A DNA stretch of 63,658 nucleotides, counting the filler, from Hyphochytrium catenoides (lineage: Eukaryota > Protista > Hyphochytriomycota): NCBI GenBank assembly GCA_900088475.1. It is 12 parts of 12 records of this genome, joined end to end, with 100 filler letters (N's around TTAATTAATTAA, not from the genome) between each part and the next. Parts side by side here need not be neighbours in the genome. Positions count along the whole stretch, not along the records: positions 1 to 9,103 come from FLMG01003995.1; positions 9,204 to 12,533 come from FLMG01001549.1; positions 12,634 to 14,326 come from FLMG01004171.1; 9 more parts are not named here. One strand, written 5' to 3'. The notes below the pieces were generated by a model. The model was not told the DNA's origin. It made no database searches and saw nothing but the letters and a program-made list of their open reading frames with translations. A program made the position numbers and the translations under genes. Below are positions 1 to 13,394 of this stretch, piece after piece; position 1 is the stretch's first letter; each line of letters begins with the position of its first letter.

Positions 1-791
1 ATACGAAGAATGGAGTCCGTTATAGTGACGACCCTACAATCATGGCCTGGAATATTGCAAATGAGCCGCACACAAAGGATGGCAACGATCCAACCGGCCA
101 AATTGTCGCCCAATTCATCTGTGGCACAGCCAGGTTCATGCGAGAGGAGCTACGTTTAAAGCAAATGATAACCTCAGGAGAGGAAGGATACATGACCAAT
201 GGAGATCTAGGTGGTATCTATAAAGGTCATGAGTGGATCAACAACGGGTTAAAGGGCGTCGACTTCGAGACCAACGCCAAGTGTTCGTATTTGGACTATA
301 TGACGGTACATCTATACCCAGACAATTGGGAAATAGGACGTTCAAAGTTCGCAGCGTTTATAGACAGATTTCTTCTTGACCGCGCTGGCATCGCTCATCA
401 AAACAAAAAGCCCCTTGTGGTTGAAGAATTTGGTTGCTGCCTCGCACAAGACTACAAGGGACACAGAGCCCAAATCTTCCGCGAATATCTTGCAGCCTTT
501 ACCCGTCATCAGATCGCCGGGCAGCTGGTTTGGCAGTTGTTTCCGTCCAACAGTCAACTAGTTCGAGACGTCGACAACTATGATTTCACATTCGAATCAG
601 ACAAAGAATCTGCAAAGTTATTAACAGATAGGGCTGCCATGCACAAGGCAAAGCAAGGAAATATTCCAGTGCAAAAGAAGTTTGAGGACGTCGTCCAGAC
701 GCTAGAACTAGAACGCTTTTGGCCTCTCGAGTCTACCCAGTCAACCCCCGTCCCCACCTCTAATTTCAAGAACGTCAGCTCTTCGTTTTAA
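1..791 (+). CDS. GH5 (subfamily 7-like) endo-beta-1,4-mannanase, C-terminal part (5' end lies outside the window)
   Basis: The frame is open from the window edge and reads TKNGVRYSDDPTIMAWNIANEP (NEP acid/base motif). It continues with SGEEG, DYMTVHLYPDNW, KKPLVVEEFG (nucleophile) and GQLVWQL. TAA stop at 789-791. Confidence 0.93.
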   Translation, partial: TKNGVRYSDDPTIMAWNIANEPHTKDGNDPTGQIVAQFICGTARFMREELRLKQMITSGEEGYMTNGDLGGIYKGHEWINNGLKGVDFETNAKCSYLDYMTVHLYPDNWEIGRSKFAAFIDRFLLDRAGIAHQNKKPLVVEEFGCCLAQDYKGHRAQIFREYLAAFTRHQIAGQLVWQLFPSNSQLVRDVDNYDFTFESDKESAKLLTDRAAMHKAKQGNIPVQKKFEDVVQTLELERFWPLESTQSTPVPTSNFKNVSSSF

Positions 792-974
792 CTCAGCGGA
801 GTTAGGAGATAACCCTTATACGTAGTAGGGGCTTGGCAAAGGGCTGCAGCAATGAATGAAGTAGTCATCATTAAATCTGTACTATATCAAATGATTCTTC
901 TTCTACTTCTGATAACCGTGGCTAAGGAAGCGAGCGAGTTGAAGAGAATTCCAAGACTTTGTAGCTCTTGTTGT

Positions 975-1011
<37 letters not shown>

Positions 1012-3019
1012 CCTTCTTTTACTCCTATTAGCTACTAAATAATATGAAATATGTATTCAGAAAAGCCAAAGTAAGACCCCGCCCTCTTCTCTGACCGGCA
1101 TTCTATCGGGTTGCCGACTTTCTTTTACTTTCTAAAAATTAAGCCTATGAACATTAGTCTCATTCCCCTACCAGGCGTTTTCCAGTCCTTCGTTGCAGAG
1201 GTTGAGGCTCACGCTTCAGTAAGCAAATGTGTGTTTTTGTTGCCTTAGTCCATGATGCTTGCCTGCTCTTATTCTTTTGATACTTTCACCCTTTTCCGAT
1301 AATGAGGACGGAGGAGGAGAGCGCGTTACAGAGTCTAGGACTTTGTAGCTCTTGACTCTCCTTCATTTTCCTCTTCTTCTGGTTCTTCCTCTTATCCTTC
1401 TGCTTCCTCTTCTGCTTCTTTTTTTTTTCCAATTCTTCTCTTCTTCTTCTTCTCTCCTTTCATTTTTCTCTATGAGTAGTAGTTGCTAAGGCATAGAATC
1501 AATAAACACTTCCACTCACCTTGTCGGTAGACCTCTATGGTAAGGACTAGCGTTTACCTCCACATCGGCTACTGTCAAGTGACAAGATAGGTTTATTTGT
1601 GGTGCCAGAGCAGCGTAGTCTCACAATCATCTACTACGGGATGGGACGGGAGTGCATGTGAAGGGTTGGTAGTAGTAGATGGGATCGAGATGACATATTG
1701 GCAGACACCACCAACTACGAGGGATGGCTGTCCCGGCTGGGGCTGGTGTCCCTGTCTCTTCCTGGCTACTTCTCTTGCTTCTTGTCAGCAAGATCAATCA
1801 TGGTGGCGGTCAACCGCTAATTCTGCCATTAACACTGTTCTGCTGCTGTTGCTGGGCATGAATGGTGAGAAAAAAGCGTTCTTGTCGATGATAGTAGTAA
1901 GAGATCAGGGCGCTGAAAACAAGAGCAAAAGCCGAAAGGGAAAGAACAAAGAGCACAGGAGTGGACAACTATGAGAAATAAAGGCAAGGCAAGAGATATG
2001 AGGAAGAGGGCGGGGATGAAAGTAGACCACCAGAACGGAATGGACACAGGCACGGAACCTACTAACCCTCATCCTCCTAACCCTAGCATATGGCGAGCGC
2101 CAGTTGATATTGACATCGCAAGAAGTGGTAGGGCTTCCTAAAAGGCCATCGGCCCACATGCTCTTACTCTATGCTCTATAATCGAATGTATGGAAGGCGC
2201 GTCGTCGTCGTCGTCAAACAGAGAAGAGATAGAGTAAGAAGGGCGACTGTGATAGAGCGAGAGAGAGCGAGGAGAAAGAAAGAGGATGAGAGAGAACGGC
2301 AAGAGAACATGACACTGCTTCAAGACAGGTCCCACACCACAGAGAAGGGGGAGAGAGAAGAACGGTGAGAGAGGGAGGAGGAGGAGATGAGAGGATTGAG
2401 GATGATAGAAGGAAATTGAGAAGAGAGGATGGGGAGAGGAAGCCAGCGAGGTTGAAGAAGACGACCAGAGGGAGCGGAAGGGAGAAAAGGAGAGAGAAGG
2501 GAATGAGAGGGGACAAGCAGGTGAGGTGACCAAACGAAGACAAGAGATGGAGCTCAGACGAGAGTAGAGTCGTCAATTCTGCTTGTCTCCTTTCCTGACT
2601 ACACTATTCACAGGCGCCCATTGCGATAAATCCAGCAGAAGAAGGACCTTGTCAAATAGCTGCTGCTGGAGGACGACATGTGAAGGAGCGGGGAAGAGAG
2701 CCCATTGGAGAGAGTTAGAATGAGGGCTAGGTAGAAGAGCAAGAGAACAGGCCGCCGCTAGTTATAGGAAAAGACGCTCCCACAAGGAAGAGAGGAGGAC
2801 AGGATACGGGAGAGAAGAGCGCTGGTAGGGCGCGAGATTGAACAAGTGGAGAGAGGGATCCAGGTAGAAAGCAAGGGAAGGAGGAAGGACAAGAAGGAAG
2901 GGAAAAATTGGAAGAGGAGAAGAGGAGACGACCACGAAGACAACGTGGAGAGGCCAGAGTCACCATTCATGCTTTCTTTGTCTTCGATCTCGTTTAGAAC
3001 TCCATCAAGCTCGGTCAGG

Positions 3020-3817
3020 GGTTCAACCCTAACTCTTAAAACTTTGACAAAAAAAGCCCAGGGCGAAGAAGTGTGGGTTTGACGGTAGCACACGCCACAG
3101 CGAGCGGTGGCAACCGATAGTTGCTGCTGTGCTTTATTTTGCAAAGTGGCGGAGGAAGAGCCTTCGCAGTCTTGCAGCCTTCATCATCATTGCAAAGGAG
3201 ATGGAGAGAGAAAGGAAGGAAGTTGTAGAGGAAGAGAAGGGAGCATGGGAGAGGACGAGAAGTTGATGAAATGGCTAACAGCAGGGAGCGGAAGCTCGAA
3301 AAGAGACACATGGGCATCTCACAAACCCACACGGTAGCTCCGAAGGAAGTGCCAGCACTGGTCAGCTCTAACCCTCAAAACTTTGACAAAAACAGCCCAG
3401 GGCATCAAAGTATGGGTTCTGACTGGAGCACTTGCCACAGTGGACATAATACACAATTGCCTTGGATTATTTATTAGCGGACTGCAAAAGCGCTTTCGTC
3501 ATCTGACAGCCCTCATTGCATGCAGTGAGTAAAGAAGCCCTCCTCCCTGTCTCTTGTGCAAGCCATTGCGACTCTGCATGGCGGATAGCTGGTTCTCACA
3601 GCTGGTGAAGGATGTTATATGCATATCTCCTCTGACGGCTGCTAATTACCTGATTATATTGCGCCATGGACACGGATCGACCGGTGTATGATGGGTATGG
3701 TCTCTCTTCTAGGAGAGGACTCTCAGGGCGGGTAGTCCTGACTAGAGTCAGGAACGAATGGCTCTGGCGAAGGATGCTCTCTCTCCCTTTTCCTTTCTTC
3801 TCTCTTTCTCTTTGCAT
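3020..3817 (-). pseudogene. Degenerate, internally duplicated Cys-containing coding remnant
   Basis: 3020-3100 and 3366-3443 are similar in sequence (aaaactttgacaaaaa.agcccagggc...tgggtt..tgac...gccacag). The minus strand gives CGVC..THTSSPWAFFVKVLRVR and CGKC..THTLMPWAVFVKVLRVR, with in-frame stops and frameshifts. Confidence 0.35.
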
Positions 3818-6800
3818 GTTATTCTTTTATCTTTGCATCTCTCAGGTAGACTGACTCTCTCACAAGGGAGATTCCCTCTTACCCTCTATATCTCAGTTAA
3901 TAAAGTTCTTTCTGAAGTAGAAGACCCTTTGCTACTTGTGCATGTTCCCGCGAAGTCTTCCTCTGCGTGGTGCTTGTCTGGACTGAGGCCTGGCCAGCCA
4001 AGGTACAGACAGAGCACCTTCTCTTTCTCTCTCTCTCTCACTCTCTTGAGAGCTGCATCAATCTCTCATATTACAAAGGATCAGTCTTCATCATTGCCCG
4101 AAGGTGACTGCTCTGGAGAGATGTGACGTGGAGGTGAAGCGGCAAAACGACAGGATGGAGCTGGAAGGCTACATCCTTCAGGTTTTGATATCAATATTTG
4201 TCGCTTTGTTGCCCATAAACCTTGGCGATGAAGAAGAATTTGAAGAGCGGTGGACAGGACAAGTGGACGAAGAAGGCAACGACGAGGATTACTCTACTGA
4301 TGTGAAGGTAAGCCGTAGGTCTGAAGGTCGGGGAAGTCGCCGAGCGAGAGGTCAGGGAGAAGACGTGACTAGAGTAAGGGCAGTAACAAAGACAATTCGG
4401 TAAGCTCGAGATCTAGGAGGAGCAGCTCTCATGGCCGCCCCGGGACTCTAGACGGACAAGCGGGCGGACTGAGATTGGCTTTGACTTCGAGGAAGGAGCA
4501 GGAGACCTCAGGAAAGCCTCCCAGACCTTGCCAGGCTGAGTATGGGTCAGCCAAAATTGAGGCCTGCTGGCAGCAGAGACCGGAGAAAGGACAGGCCAGA
4601 ATGGGAACATGTCGCAGTGCAGAGAGAAGCCGCGCGTGAAGACGGAGCTAGAAGTAGGAGCCCGAAAGTCTGCAAAAGGAACGTTCAAGCTGCTCTTAAG
4701 GCCTTCCATACCATCTGACAACTATCCTCCGTGCCTTGTCAGTCTGTTTTGCTGAAGGCAAGGCACTGTTGGCCATAAAAGAGCTGGCAACAGTAGATTA
4801 CAGCAGGCTCGATGATGTCTGTCCCGCCATTCCTTCTCCTTCTTCATCCTTCCTCTCTCCTTCCCTTTCTTCCCCGCTCTCTCCTCTTCTCCCGCGTCTC
4901 GTGGTGTTCACTGCCCTCTGTTCTTCATATTATCGCTCTTGGAAAACTCTCTGCTGTTCTTGAGTCTACCCTTCCGTGAATTAATGGTAAATATAATAAC
5001 AGCGCATGTTCCTTAGCTAGCTTGCTCATGAGGGGTCGCTCTCTATCTACTTTTGTTCCCTTTATTAGCTGATGTCCTTGCTGTTCTTTCTCCTTCCTCC
5101 TCTTATGTCTGCCCTTTTGATTATTATTGCCTCCATCTTATAAGCCTCTAACCTACTCCTCAACTAGCACCTGCCGCTTGTGTTCGCCTCTGCTCTAGCT
5201 CCTATTGCACTCTCTTCTCTTATCTTGCCGAGCCCCTGCACCATTACCCTAACTCTCCTAACTACCTCTTCCTCTAGCACTCCCTTCACTATTGAACGAG
5301 GTCCCATTCCCTCAGTATCGAGTGTAAGAAGAAGCTAGCTCTCACAGTGTGATCAAAGCATCTTGGTCTCTCGTTGCCCTTTCACTTCCCTGATATCTCT
5401 CTTTATGCCCTCCTCCTCCTTCGTCCTTTTTAGGTTTGTTTTGTCCCTTTTCAACCTTGGTTTCGCTCGATTGACTCCTCCCACGTGGTCTCTCCCTCCT
5501 TTTTGCTCCCTAGCTGGTTTGTCGTTGTACCTAACTCCATCATTGTCTACATTCCCTCACCTCGCTACGGACATCATACATCCACTTTCCATTCCTAATC
5601 TCTCTTGCTCCCTCCTGCCATCCCTCCAACAAATCTCCCTCCCACACCGCCCTCCTGCTTTCTCTATGTCGTCGAGTCCAACCGCTTATCTCTTCTTCCT
5701 GTTCCTCCCTCTTTCTCCTGGTACTCATGTTCTTTCATGATTGCAAATGCCTTGAGCCGGCTACCATGCCGTCCTTCTTACGCAGTATCCCTACGTCCTT
5801 CTCAACCTACACATAGTATCTATATCCTCTTGTCCCCCTGGTTATCGAGTAGTTTTTCGGAAACCAGCCCCGCCTGTGTGCCTCTCTGCCCCACCATTTG
5901 CCAAGCAAAGTTCTCTAAAAATCACACGTGTTTTCTTCCCGGAACAGCCTTCTCTGTTCGCTTCCGACAGCTACGTTTAAAGAGTGACATCACATTCTTC
6001 CTATTTATCGTCTCATCTCCTTCCTCCCAATAGTTTATACCAAGAAGTCCCCTCAACTTTCTCTCATTAAAAGGAATAGAGGTCTCTCTTTCCATTAGCT
6101 CTCCCTACAGGTTTCCTGTTCCTAACCTATATCTCGTGTTCACTACTTTGATGGGCGACGACCAAGCATCCGGCAGTATTCCTTTTTAGGGTGTCTGGCT
6201 CTCTCTCTCTCCGTTGGCAGCCATATTTTTGACAGTTTATCGTCGATGAGTGACGTAAACCCTAAGGTCTCATAGGAAGGGGGCAGAGAAAAGAAGTAGA
6301 GCTCAATAGGCAAAGAATACTGCTGACAGAAACAACACACTTTTTGTAAGGATAAGAATCCTTGACGGAGCAGACGGATAGAGATCATGGATAATATATT
6401 AGTACATAGAGAAGAGATTGGCAGCAGCTGCTGGCTGTTCTCCACTACAGGGTGAATATCGTGAGGAGGATAGCAGGATAGTATGCGTTTTTCTTGTATG
6501 GTGACGGAAAGAGCAAATGCCGATCATCTCTTAGTTCGTTCGCGCCAGCACAACCGCGAAGCGCCTACAAGAAGCCCCGCAGCATGAGCATTGATGCAGC
6601 TAACACGGACAGACAGTACCCTGCTTACGATGGAAAGCTCCCTGTCATCCTAAGCTTCGTAAGAGGTGGGATGTGTAGCTTACCGGCAATTAAAACATCT
6701 AACGAGCATTTTTCCGTCGCTTTTGACACTGTCTGTAGGCACAAGCAAAGAAGCATGCCTTTTTACTCCTCTGTGTATTACTCCGTCCTCCCTCTCCCAA

Positions 6801-8848
6801 ACATGACACCCAAACGGCGTCAGTTCGCTTTACTCACTCTGTCTCAAGTTGGAGGAGGTTTTGGGTTCGGCAACACCCTCCCAGAGCTTCTTGATAACTT
6901 TCCCCTGGTCGGTGCAACTCTCCTAACTCTTCTTACCATGGTCCTATGGCAGCACTTTGACCTCTTCCTGCACGAGACAAATGTGTCTTCATGCGACAAA
7001 GCTGAAATCTAACTTTGTCTGCTCTTTATTATAGGCATACAATCAGTATAAACTTCTTCCTGAGCTCATGAAAGCGGTAGAGTTCGGCGGGGCTGCAGCC
7101 AACGCAAGGGCCCAATCGGCGGAGGCGAGTTAACAACAAAGCGTCGTGCTCGATCATCTTGAACTCTTGCGCAACCAGTGACAACCAAATGAAGGGACCG
7201 GTCAAAGATAGATTCTAAGTGCTTCCATTGAGATACCTGACCTCGAAGTACCAACCTTGCCCATTGATCATCGTGGTCAGACTTTCCATTCACGCAATTA
7301 CAATATTTTCACAATGTTCACAATGATGAGTGTCGGGTATTGATTTTCTTCCCCCAAAGAAGAAATAGAGTTTTCTATGCCTTCTTCTTCGGATGGAGAA
7401 ACATGATCCTTCCTCCTCTGATAACGGCTGTGGAGAAGAAAGAGATGAAAGAGACCAGGGATCTTGTTGTCTCTTCCTTTCTTCTTCTTCTTCTTCTGAG
7501 TAGCAGTAAAAACAAGGACTTCATCGTTCTTGCCTGGGCGCGCGGTGGCTGAGCCCACCAGTAGAACTAGTACCCTGTATTCTATTTGTTCAAAGATCTT
7601 GGGAACAAAAGGACAAGCTAAAAGAGCTAGTAGGAAAAGATACAGAACCCTCGTCACAGTTCTTCTAAAACGGTAATTGGCTGACTTTGGTGACTCATCG
7701 GCATCCAGCATAAGATCTGTAGCCAAGCAGCCAATCATCGCAGCCAACCAAACGGCTATCGAACCGCGACCGGACTCATAGTCAACCTGGTAGTAGAATG
7801 GTTTAGTCTTTGGAAGATTCATTATTATTTCAGTCCCTTTTGCACTCGACCTTTGCTACTCCACCTCCATTTGTTCAGAGAAAGACGTGCTGGTTCCACT
7901 TCCTTTTCCTGCCAAACCCGCATACAACTTTTATGGATGGTTTTCCTGGTCATTTTAGAGCTACCTTACTTTTTTCGGAGTACAGTGTACTATATTATTG
8001 TTATGCTTGCCTTCGGGAGATAATTGATCTGCCTACAGTACTGTCTCTAGAGCGATAACTTGTTATACATAGCAGGTATCATCCACTATTTACCATCCCA
8101 AAGCCGGTGCACGACCTCATTGGAGGACTATTACTACGGGAAACTAAGAAAAGGATGTTCTGCATCCACACGCTTGCATACGCCCTTTCCCCGAAAAGGT
8201 TCGACGCGTGTTTCACCTTTCCCCACTATTTTTCTCTCACCCTGACTAGTAGTAGTATCGGTGGATGTGCTTCTATAAAAACAAGTGTAGAAACTACTTG
8301 CCCCTCGTCTCTCCCTTCACAAGTTTTTCTTTCCAAGATTCCGTTAGATCCGCTTCCCCCTGCTCTCTCTCTCTTTAACCATCTCTAGCTGGCTCCAGGT
8401 CAATACAGTTTAGCGAATCTCCAAAACCTGCATATATACCTGCGACCTTCTATGACATGATTGCCATGATAGATTTCAGTAGAATTTCAGATTTGATGTC
8501 GGGCGCTATCGGTCCGCACGGGGATTTCAGCCATACTTACTTCACGTTCTCACATATCGGCCTTTGTAGAGAGGTAAAGAAACTCAAGAGTAATGGAGCA
8601 AAGACACCGTTGATCGAGGTTCCTGAGTCATCCTTCATTACGCCGTTTCCTTTCCACTTCTGAACCCAGCCTCAGTTCATAGCATTCCGAACTTGCTCGT
8701 CATCACCTTGCGGCTCCTATCTGCTTCACTAACAGGAGTCTCTGCAGCGCCTGCCGCTTCACTGACATTAGTGGAGCTCAGTCCGCAAAAGGAGGAGCGC
8801 TTTGTTTCTTCTTTATAAAAAAAAAGAAACGAAGTAATCACCAAGACT

Positions 8849-9103
8849 ATGGCCTCGCGAAGGTGCATCATTCCCACTTGTTGTGGGGCGTCAGAGCCTT
8901 CAACGAGGAAGTCATTCTTCTCCATCAAGTACTTCCATGTACTATTACTCTTCCTCCTGGGAACTTGTCCCTTGACAATTACGACGGTACCAGCCTTTGC
9001 TCAACCCGCTCCGGATAAAGCGAAGGATCCTTTTGTCCGTGTGGATCCCAAAAACTTTCGGTATTTCATTCACAAAGGGAAGCGCTTTGAGTTTCAGGGA
9101 ACA
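8849..9103 (+). CDS. GH5 beta-mannanase N-terminus (signal peptide and start of catalytic domain), truncated by the contig end
   Basis: A hydrophobic leader (YFHVLLLFLLGTCPLTITTVPAFA) is followed by FVRVDPKNFRYFIHKGKRFEFQGT, matching the FVxxxGxxFxxxGxxFxFxGxN start of GH5_7 mannanases. Confidence 0.75.
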
Positions 9104-9203
9104 NNNNNNNNNNNNNNNNNNNNNNNNNNNNNNNNNNNNNNNNNNNNTTAATTAATTAANNNNNNNNNNNNNNNNNNNNNNNNNNNNNNNNNNNNNNNNN
9201 NNN
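9104..9203. other. Artificial contig-joining linker (44N-TTAATTAATTAA-44N)
   Basis: The same 100-bp linker, with stops in all six frames, recurs at 12534-12633, 14327-14426, 34313-34412, 35437-35536, 38128-38227, 41521-41620, 55652-55751, 58929-59028, 61049-61148 and 62430-62529. Adjacency across these linkers is not biological. Confidence 0.98.
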
Positions 9204-9279
9204 TGGGGCTCTAACTCCGAGAGAGAGCCAAACCTAAGGGAACATATCCAAGCAAAGGGAGAAGGCAATGGAGAGAGGG

Positions 9280-9325
<46 letters not shown>

Positions 9326-9918
9326 CAGGCGAGACGCGATTCAGATGTTGACACTGTTAAGGTGAGGCGGTCTATGTAGAAGGAGAGAGCGAGAGAGAGA
9401 GAGAGAAAAGAGTCAAGGAGCGAGCGAGCGAGAGAGAGGGAGAGAGAGAGGAAAGAGTCAAGGAGAGAGCGAGGGAGAGAGAGGAAAGAGTCAGGAAGAG
9501 ATATGGCAGGAGAGGAGACGTAGAGCAAAAGTGGGGAGGTTCACTTGTCATGGAAGAAGAAGAAGAGAGAGAGAGAACGCTCAGACAAGGAAGGGAAGAG
9601 CAGCCCCCCTAAGGAGAGATCTGTAGCAGGAAAAAGAGAGAGAAAGAGCCCTGCAGCTGACTGTAGGCCTGTGGGTCTCTTCTCGGATATATGTCGTTCC
9701 ACCTATCTCTTCGAAAGCTTCTCTCTCACACACTCTCCCTCTCTCTCTCTGTTCTACTCTCTCTCTCTCTCTTTCCTCTGCCTCTCTAAGGCCGCGTCAA
9801 GGGCCGCCAGTCTGGGTCTCTCATTCCTCTCTTTGCTCTTTGTTTTTCTCTTCCTCTCTTCTTCCTCTTTTATAACTTTCTCTTCCTCGCTTAAAGAAAC
9901 TGTCTCTTTCTTCACTTT

Positions 9919-9951
<33 letters not shown>

Positions 9952-10027
9952 GTCTCTCTCTCTCTCTTGTGCTTTCTTTCTCTCTTTCTCCCTGTCCCAT
10001 CCTCTCTCCCTTCTGTCTGTTTCTGCC

Positions 10028-10619
10028 CTACCCTGCTTCAGCTCCAATTAGCAGCTCCTCGTCTCCCATCAGCCCTTCCGCACGCCGCACAACGCCGGAG
10101 AGAGAGAAAGAGGAGCCGCCCCAGCTCTTCTGCAGCTTGAGAACCGAAGAGAGAGGGCGAAAGGGAGAGAGAGAGTCCCAAGAGAAGTCTGCCAGGGGAA
10201 GTAAGACACCTGATTGCAGACTAAACAAGGAGAGAAAGAGAGAGAAAGAGCAAGAGAGACAGTAAAAGAAAGATACCGACAAAGAAAGAATGGAAGAAAG
10301 GGAGAGACAGAAGAAGGTGCGAGAGAGTGGATAAGAGAGAGAAGGAAGAAAGAACAAAATGAAGAAACCAGAGAGTGGATAAGAGAGAGAAAGAAAGAAA
10401 GGGAAAAAAGAGGCAGGTGCGAGAGAGTGGATAAGAGAGCGAAAGGAAGAAAGAAGCAAAGAGAGAGAGAGAAAGAGAAAGCCAACCTGTGATAGCAATG
10501 CCTTGATCATGGTTTGCAGTGCAGAAGCAATTTAGACTCGGAAGATAGCTTCCCAGGCTCTTCCTCCAGGAGCCAGTACAGGCAGCAGAGAGGTCTAATA
10601 GGTGATAGAAGAGATGAAA

Positions 10620-10651
<32 letters not shown>

Positions 10652-12025
10652 NNNNNNNNNNNNNNNNNNNNNNNNNNNNNNNNNNNNNNGAGAGAGAGAG
10701 AGAGAGAGGGGTAGGGTGAGGAGCAGCGAGAGAGAAGAAATGGGAGAGAAGAGGGAAGAGAAAGGGAGGGAGAACAGAGAGGAGAGAGAAAGAAAGGAAG
10801 TGGAGACAAACGGCGGTGAAAGAGAGCGAGTGAGAGCAACAGAATGAGAGAATGGGTAGACCATGCGGAAAAGAGCAGAGGAAGTGACAAAAGAAAGGTG
10901 GGAGAGAGGAGGAGAGGAAACAAACCCAAGATAAACAATCGAGAGAGAAAGAGGAAGAGACAACAAGGAAAGAGAGAGATATGACGGTTAAAAGAAAGAG
11001 GAAAGATTCAAGACGATAGATGAGTAACGGAAGGGAAAAGAAGGGAGGGGGGAAGAGACAGGGAGAGAGAGAGAGGGAGAGAGAGAGAGAGAGAGGGAGA
11101 GAGAGAGGGAGACAGACAGAGACAGAGAGAGAGAGAGCAGGAGAGAGTCTTGGCGCACCGTTGATGGCAGGTGAGTAGACTTGAAGGAGCTTGAAGCCTG
11201 GGAAGCCTAAGATCAGGAGAGTGCCCGCCCTCAGCTGGACAGTGAGCGTCGTCTCTCTCTTAGAGAAGCATTTAAGGTGCAAGCCGTCGACCGCGCGGTA
11301 GAAAGAAGAAGAGAGAGAGACACCGATAGCGGCTGAAGAGAGAGAGAAAAAAGAAGAGAGACAGAAAGAGGTGAAGAAGAGAGTGGCAATGAGAGAGAAC
11401 AGAAAGGGAAGAGAAGAGAGTAAGGAAGACACAGAAGAGAAAAGGATTGACGGAGGCAGGATTGACCAGGCCAGAAGTTGGAGAGAAAAGCGAGAGATGA
11501 GAGTGAAAAGAGAGAAGGGGCGTTAGATTTAAAACAAACGTGTATCAAGAAAGAGAAGAGAGGTTGTTGACTAGAGATATCCTTCCTTTTATGTCATCTC
11601 TCTCTCTCTCTCTCTCGTTCCCTTTTTACTGGGTACTTGCTCTATTCTATGGAGAGAGGAAGAGAATCGACGGTAGAAGACAGGAAACGGCCAGTGTGGA
11701 GGGAGGAGAGAGAGCGGAAGACGGAGAGAGAAAGCGAGAGAGGAAGCGAGAAAGAGGGATACAGAGAAGGAGAAAGAGAGAGAGAGAGCAAGAGAAAGAG
11801 AGAGACAGAGAGACAGAAAGAGAGAGACAGAGAGCAAGAGAAAGAGAGAGACAGAGAGACAGAAAGAGAGAGACAGAGAGAGTGAGAGGGTGAGAGAGAG
11901 GGAGAGAGAGAAGCGGAAAGGGATGCTGACCTTGGAGGCACGCTGGGGCGGAGAAAGCCGTTAACTTGGTAGGAGCCGGGCGCTGACCAAAGGCGGGAAT
12001 GGAGAATTTGTTCAAGTCCCAAACC
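10028..12025 (-). CDS. Multi-exon hypothetical protein fragment (possibly beta-propeller-like)
   Basis: Four GT-AG exons join in phase: VWDLNKFSIP..ACLQ / AAIGVSL..KLLQVYSPAIN / DLSAACTGSW..GIAIT / GVLLPLADFSW..GAEAG. No family recognised beyond a VWDL motif. Confidence 0.5.
10317..10446. repeat. Intronic ~50-bp minisatellite, 3 copies
   Basis: The core agagagtggataagagag occurs near 10322, 10370 and 10422. Confidence 0.7.
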
Positions 12026-12131
12026 TGGGGGCCAAGTCGAGTGTGAAGAGAGGGAGAGGAGGAGAGAGAGTGGGAGAGGAAGGAGGCAGACAGAGAAAGG
12101 AGAGAAGAAAGAGAAGTGGCAAAGACACGGC

Positions 12132-12188
<57 letters not shown>

Positions 12189-13019
12189 AAAAGGGGACAG
12201 GGAGGAGGAAGGAAGGGAGACATGGAAGTGAAGGAGATATTGACAAGATCCAAAGAGAGTGCTAGTGGCGAAGTAGAAGAGAGAGACAGCAAAACTAGAG
12301 GCACCTGGAGGAGAGAAGAGGAGACAGCGAGAGAGGCGAGACAAGTGTTCTCCACAGAGGAAGACCAACAGTAAGGATCAAAAGAGAGATGGATAGGAAA
12401 GCAGTGAGAGAACGAGAGGGGGAAACGCTTGTGGGAGAGAGAGAATAGAGAATGAACTAAAGGGAAGAGAGAGAGAAGAGAGGAAAGAGAGAGAGAGAGA
12501 GAGTGAGAGAAGGGAATACAAGCTATTCCGAGGNNNNNNNNNNNNNNNNNNNNNNNNNNNNNNNNNNNNNNNNNNNNTTAATTAATTAANNNNNNNNNNN
12601 NNNNNNNNNNNNNNNNNNNNNNNNNNNNNNNNNCTCTCTCTCTCTCTCTGTTCTCCATTCTTCTCTCCCCATCTCTCTCTCTCCCCGGCATCTCTCTTTC
12701 TTTGCGCCGCTCTCTCTTTCTCCTCTTCCTCTCTCGCTGGCGGCCCCTTTCTCTCTTTGAAGCATCTTCAGATGGAACTTTCGTCTTTCCTTCGTGTCTC
12801 TTACGTTCAAAGTTCTCTCTCATTCCCACTCTGTGTGCGTCTCTCTCTCTCTCTCTCTCTTTCGTTCTTGTCCTTTTGTCCCTCTTGCTTTCTCTCATTC
12901 TCTCTCTTTCCTTCTCTTTCAATTTCTCCCTCTCTTTCCTTTCTCTGTCTAATTAGGCCCTCCCGTCCCTCTTTCTCTCTCTCTCTCTTTCTCTCTCACT
13001 CTCTTGTTCTCTCTCTTAC

Positions 13020-13358
13020 ATAGAGTTCTTCCTCCAGCTGTGCAATAGAAATCTCCGTCATGCAAGAGAGAATACGAAGTAGATTTGCAACGCCAGGTCG
13101 CTGCTCCGGTTCATACCTTTACGAAGAGAAAAGAGAGAGAGACAGAGAGAGAGAAAGAGAGAGAAAAAGAGAAAGAGAGAGAGAAGAGAAAGAGAAGGAG
13201 AAAGAAGTTAAAAGAGCCATAGAAGGAACAGAAGAGAACGGAGAGGAGGAGAAGAAGACATTCGGAAAGATGAGAGAGAAAGAGAGAGAGAGAGTACAAG
13301 AGAGAGTAATAGCGGATAGTGCGAAAAGAGAAGGAGAAAATGCAAGTAAGTAACGGGA

Positions 13359-13394
<36 letters not shown>

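Noticed and set aside
955-1460. gactttgtagctcttg plus a CTT-rich tract at 955 and 1339
   Set aside because: A short degenerate duplication with no coding or structural signal.
6850-7822. Protein-like minus-strand stretch with TM-like and chromo-like segments
   Set aside because: Multiple stops and no diagnostic motif, so no call can be supported.
9148-9159. TTAATTAATTAA palindrome recurring 11 times, resembling a repeat array or piggyBac TTAA sites
   Set aside because: It is always centred in 44+44 Ns, so it is a synthetic six-frame-stop linker.
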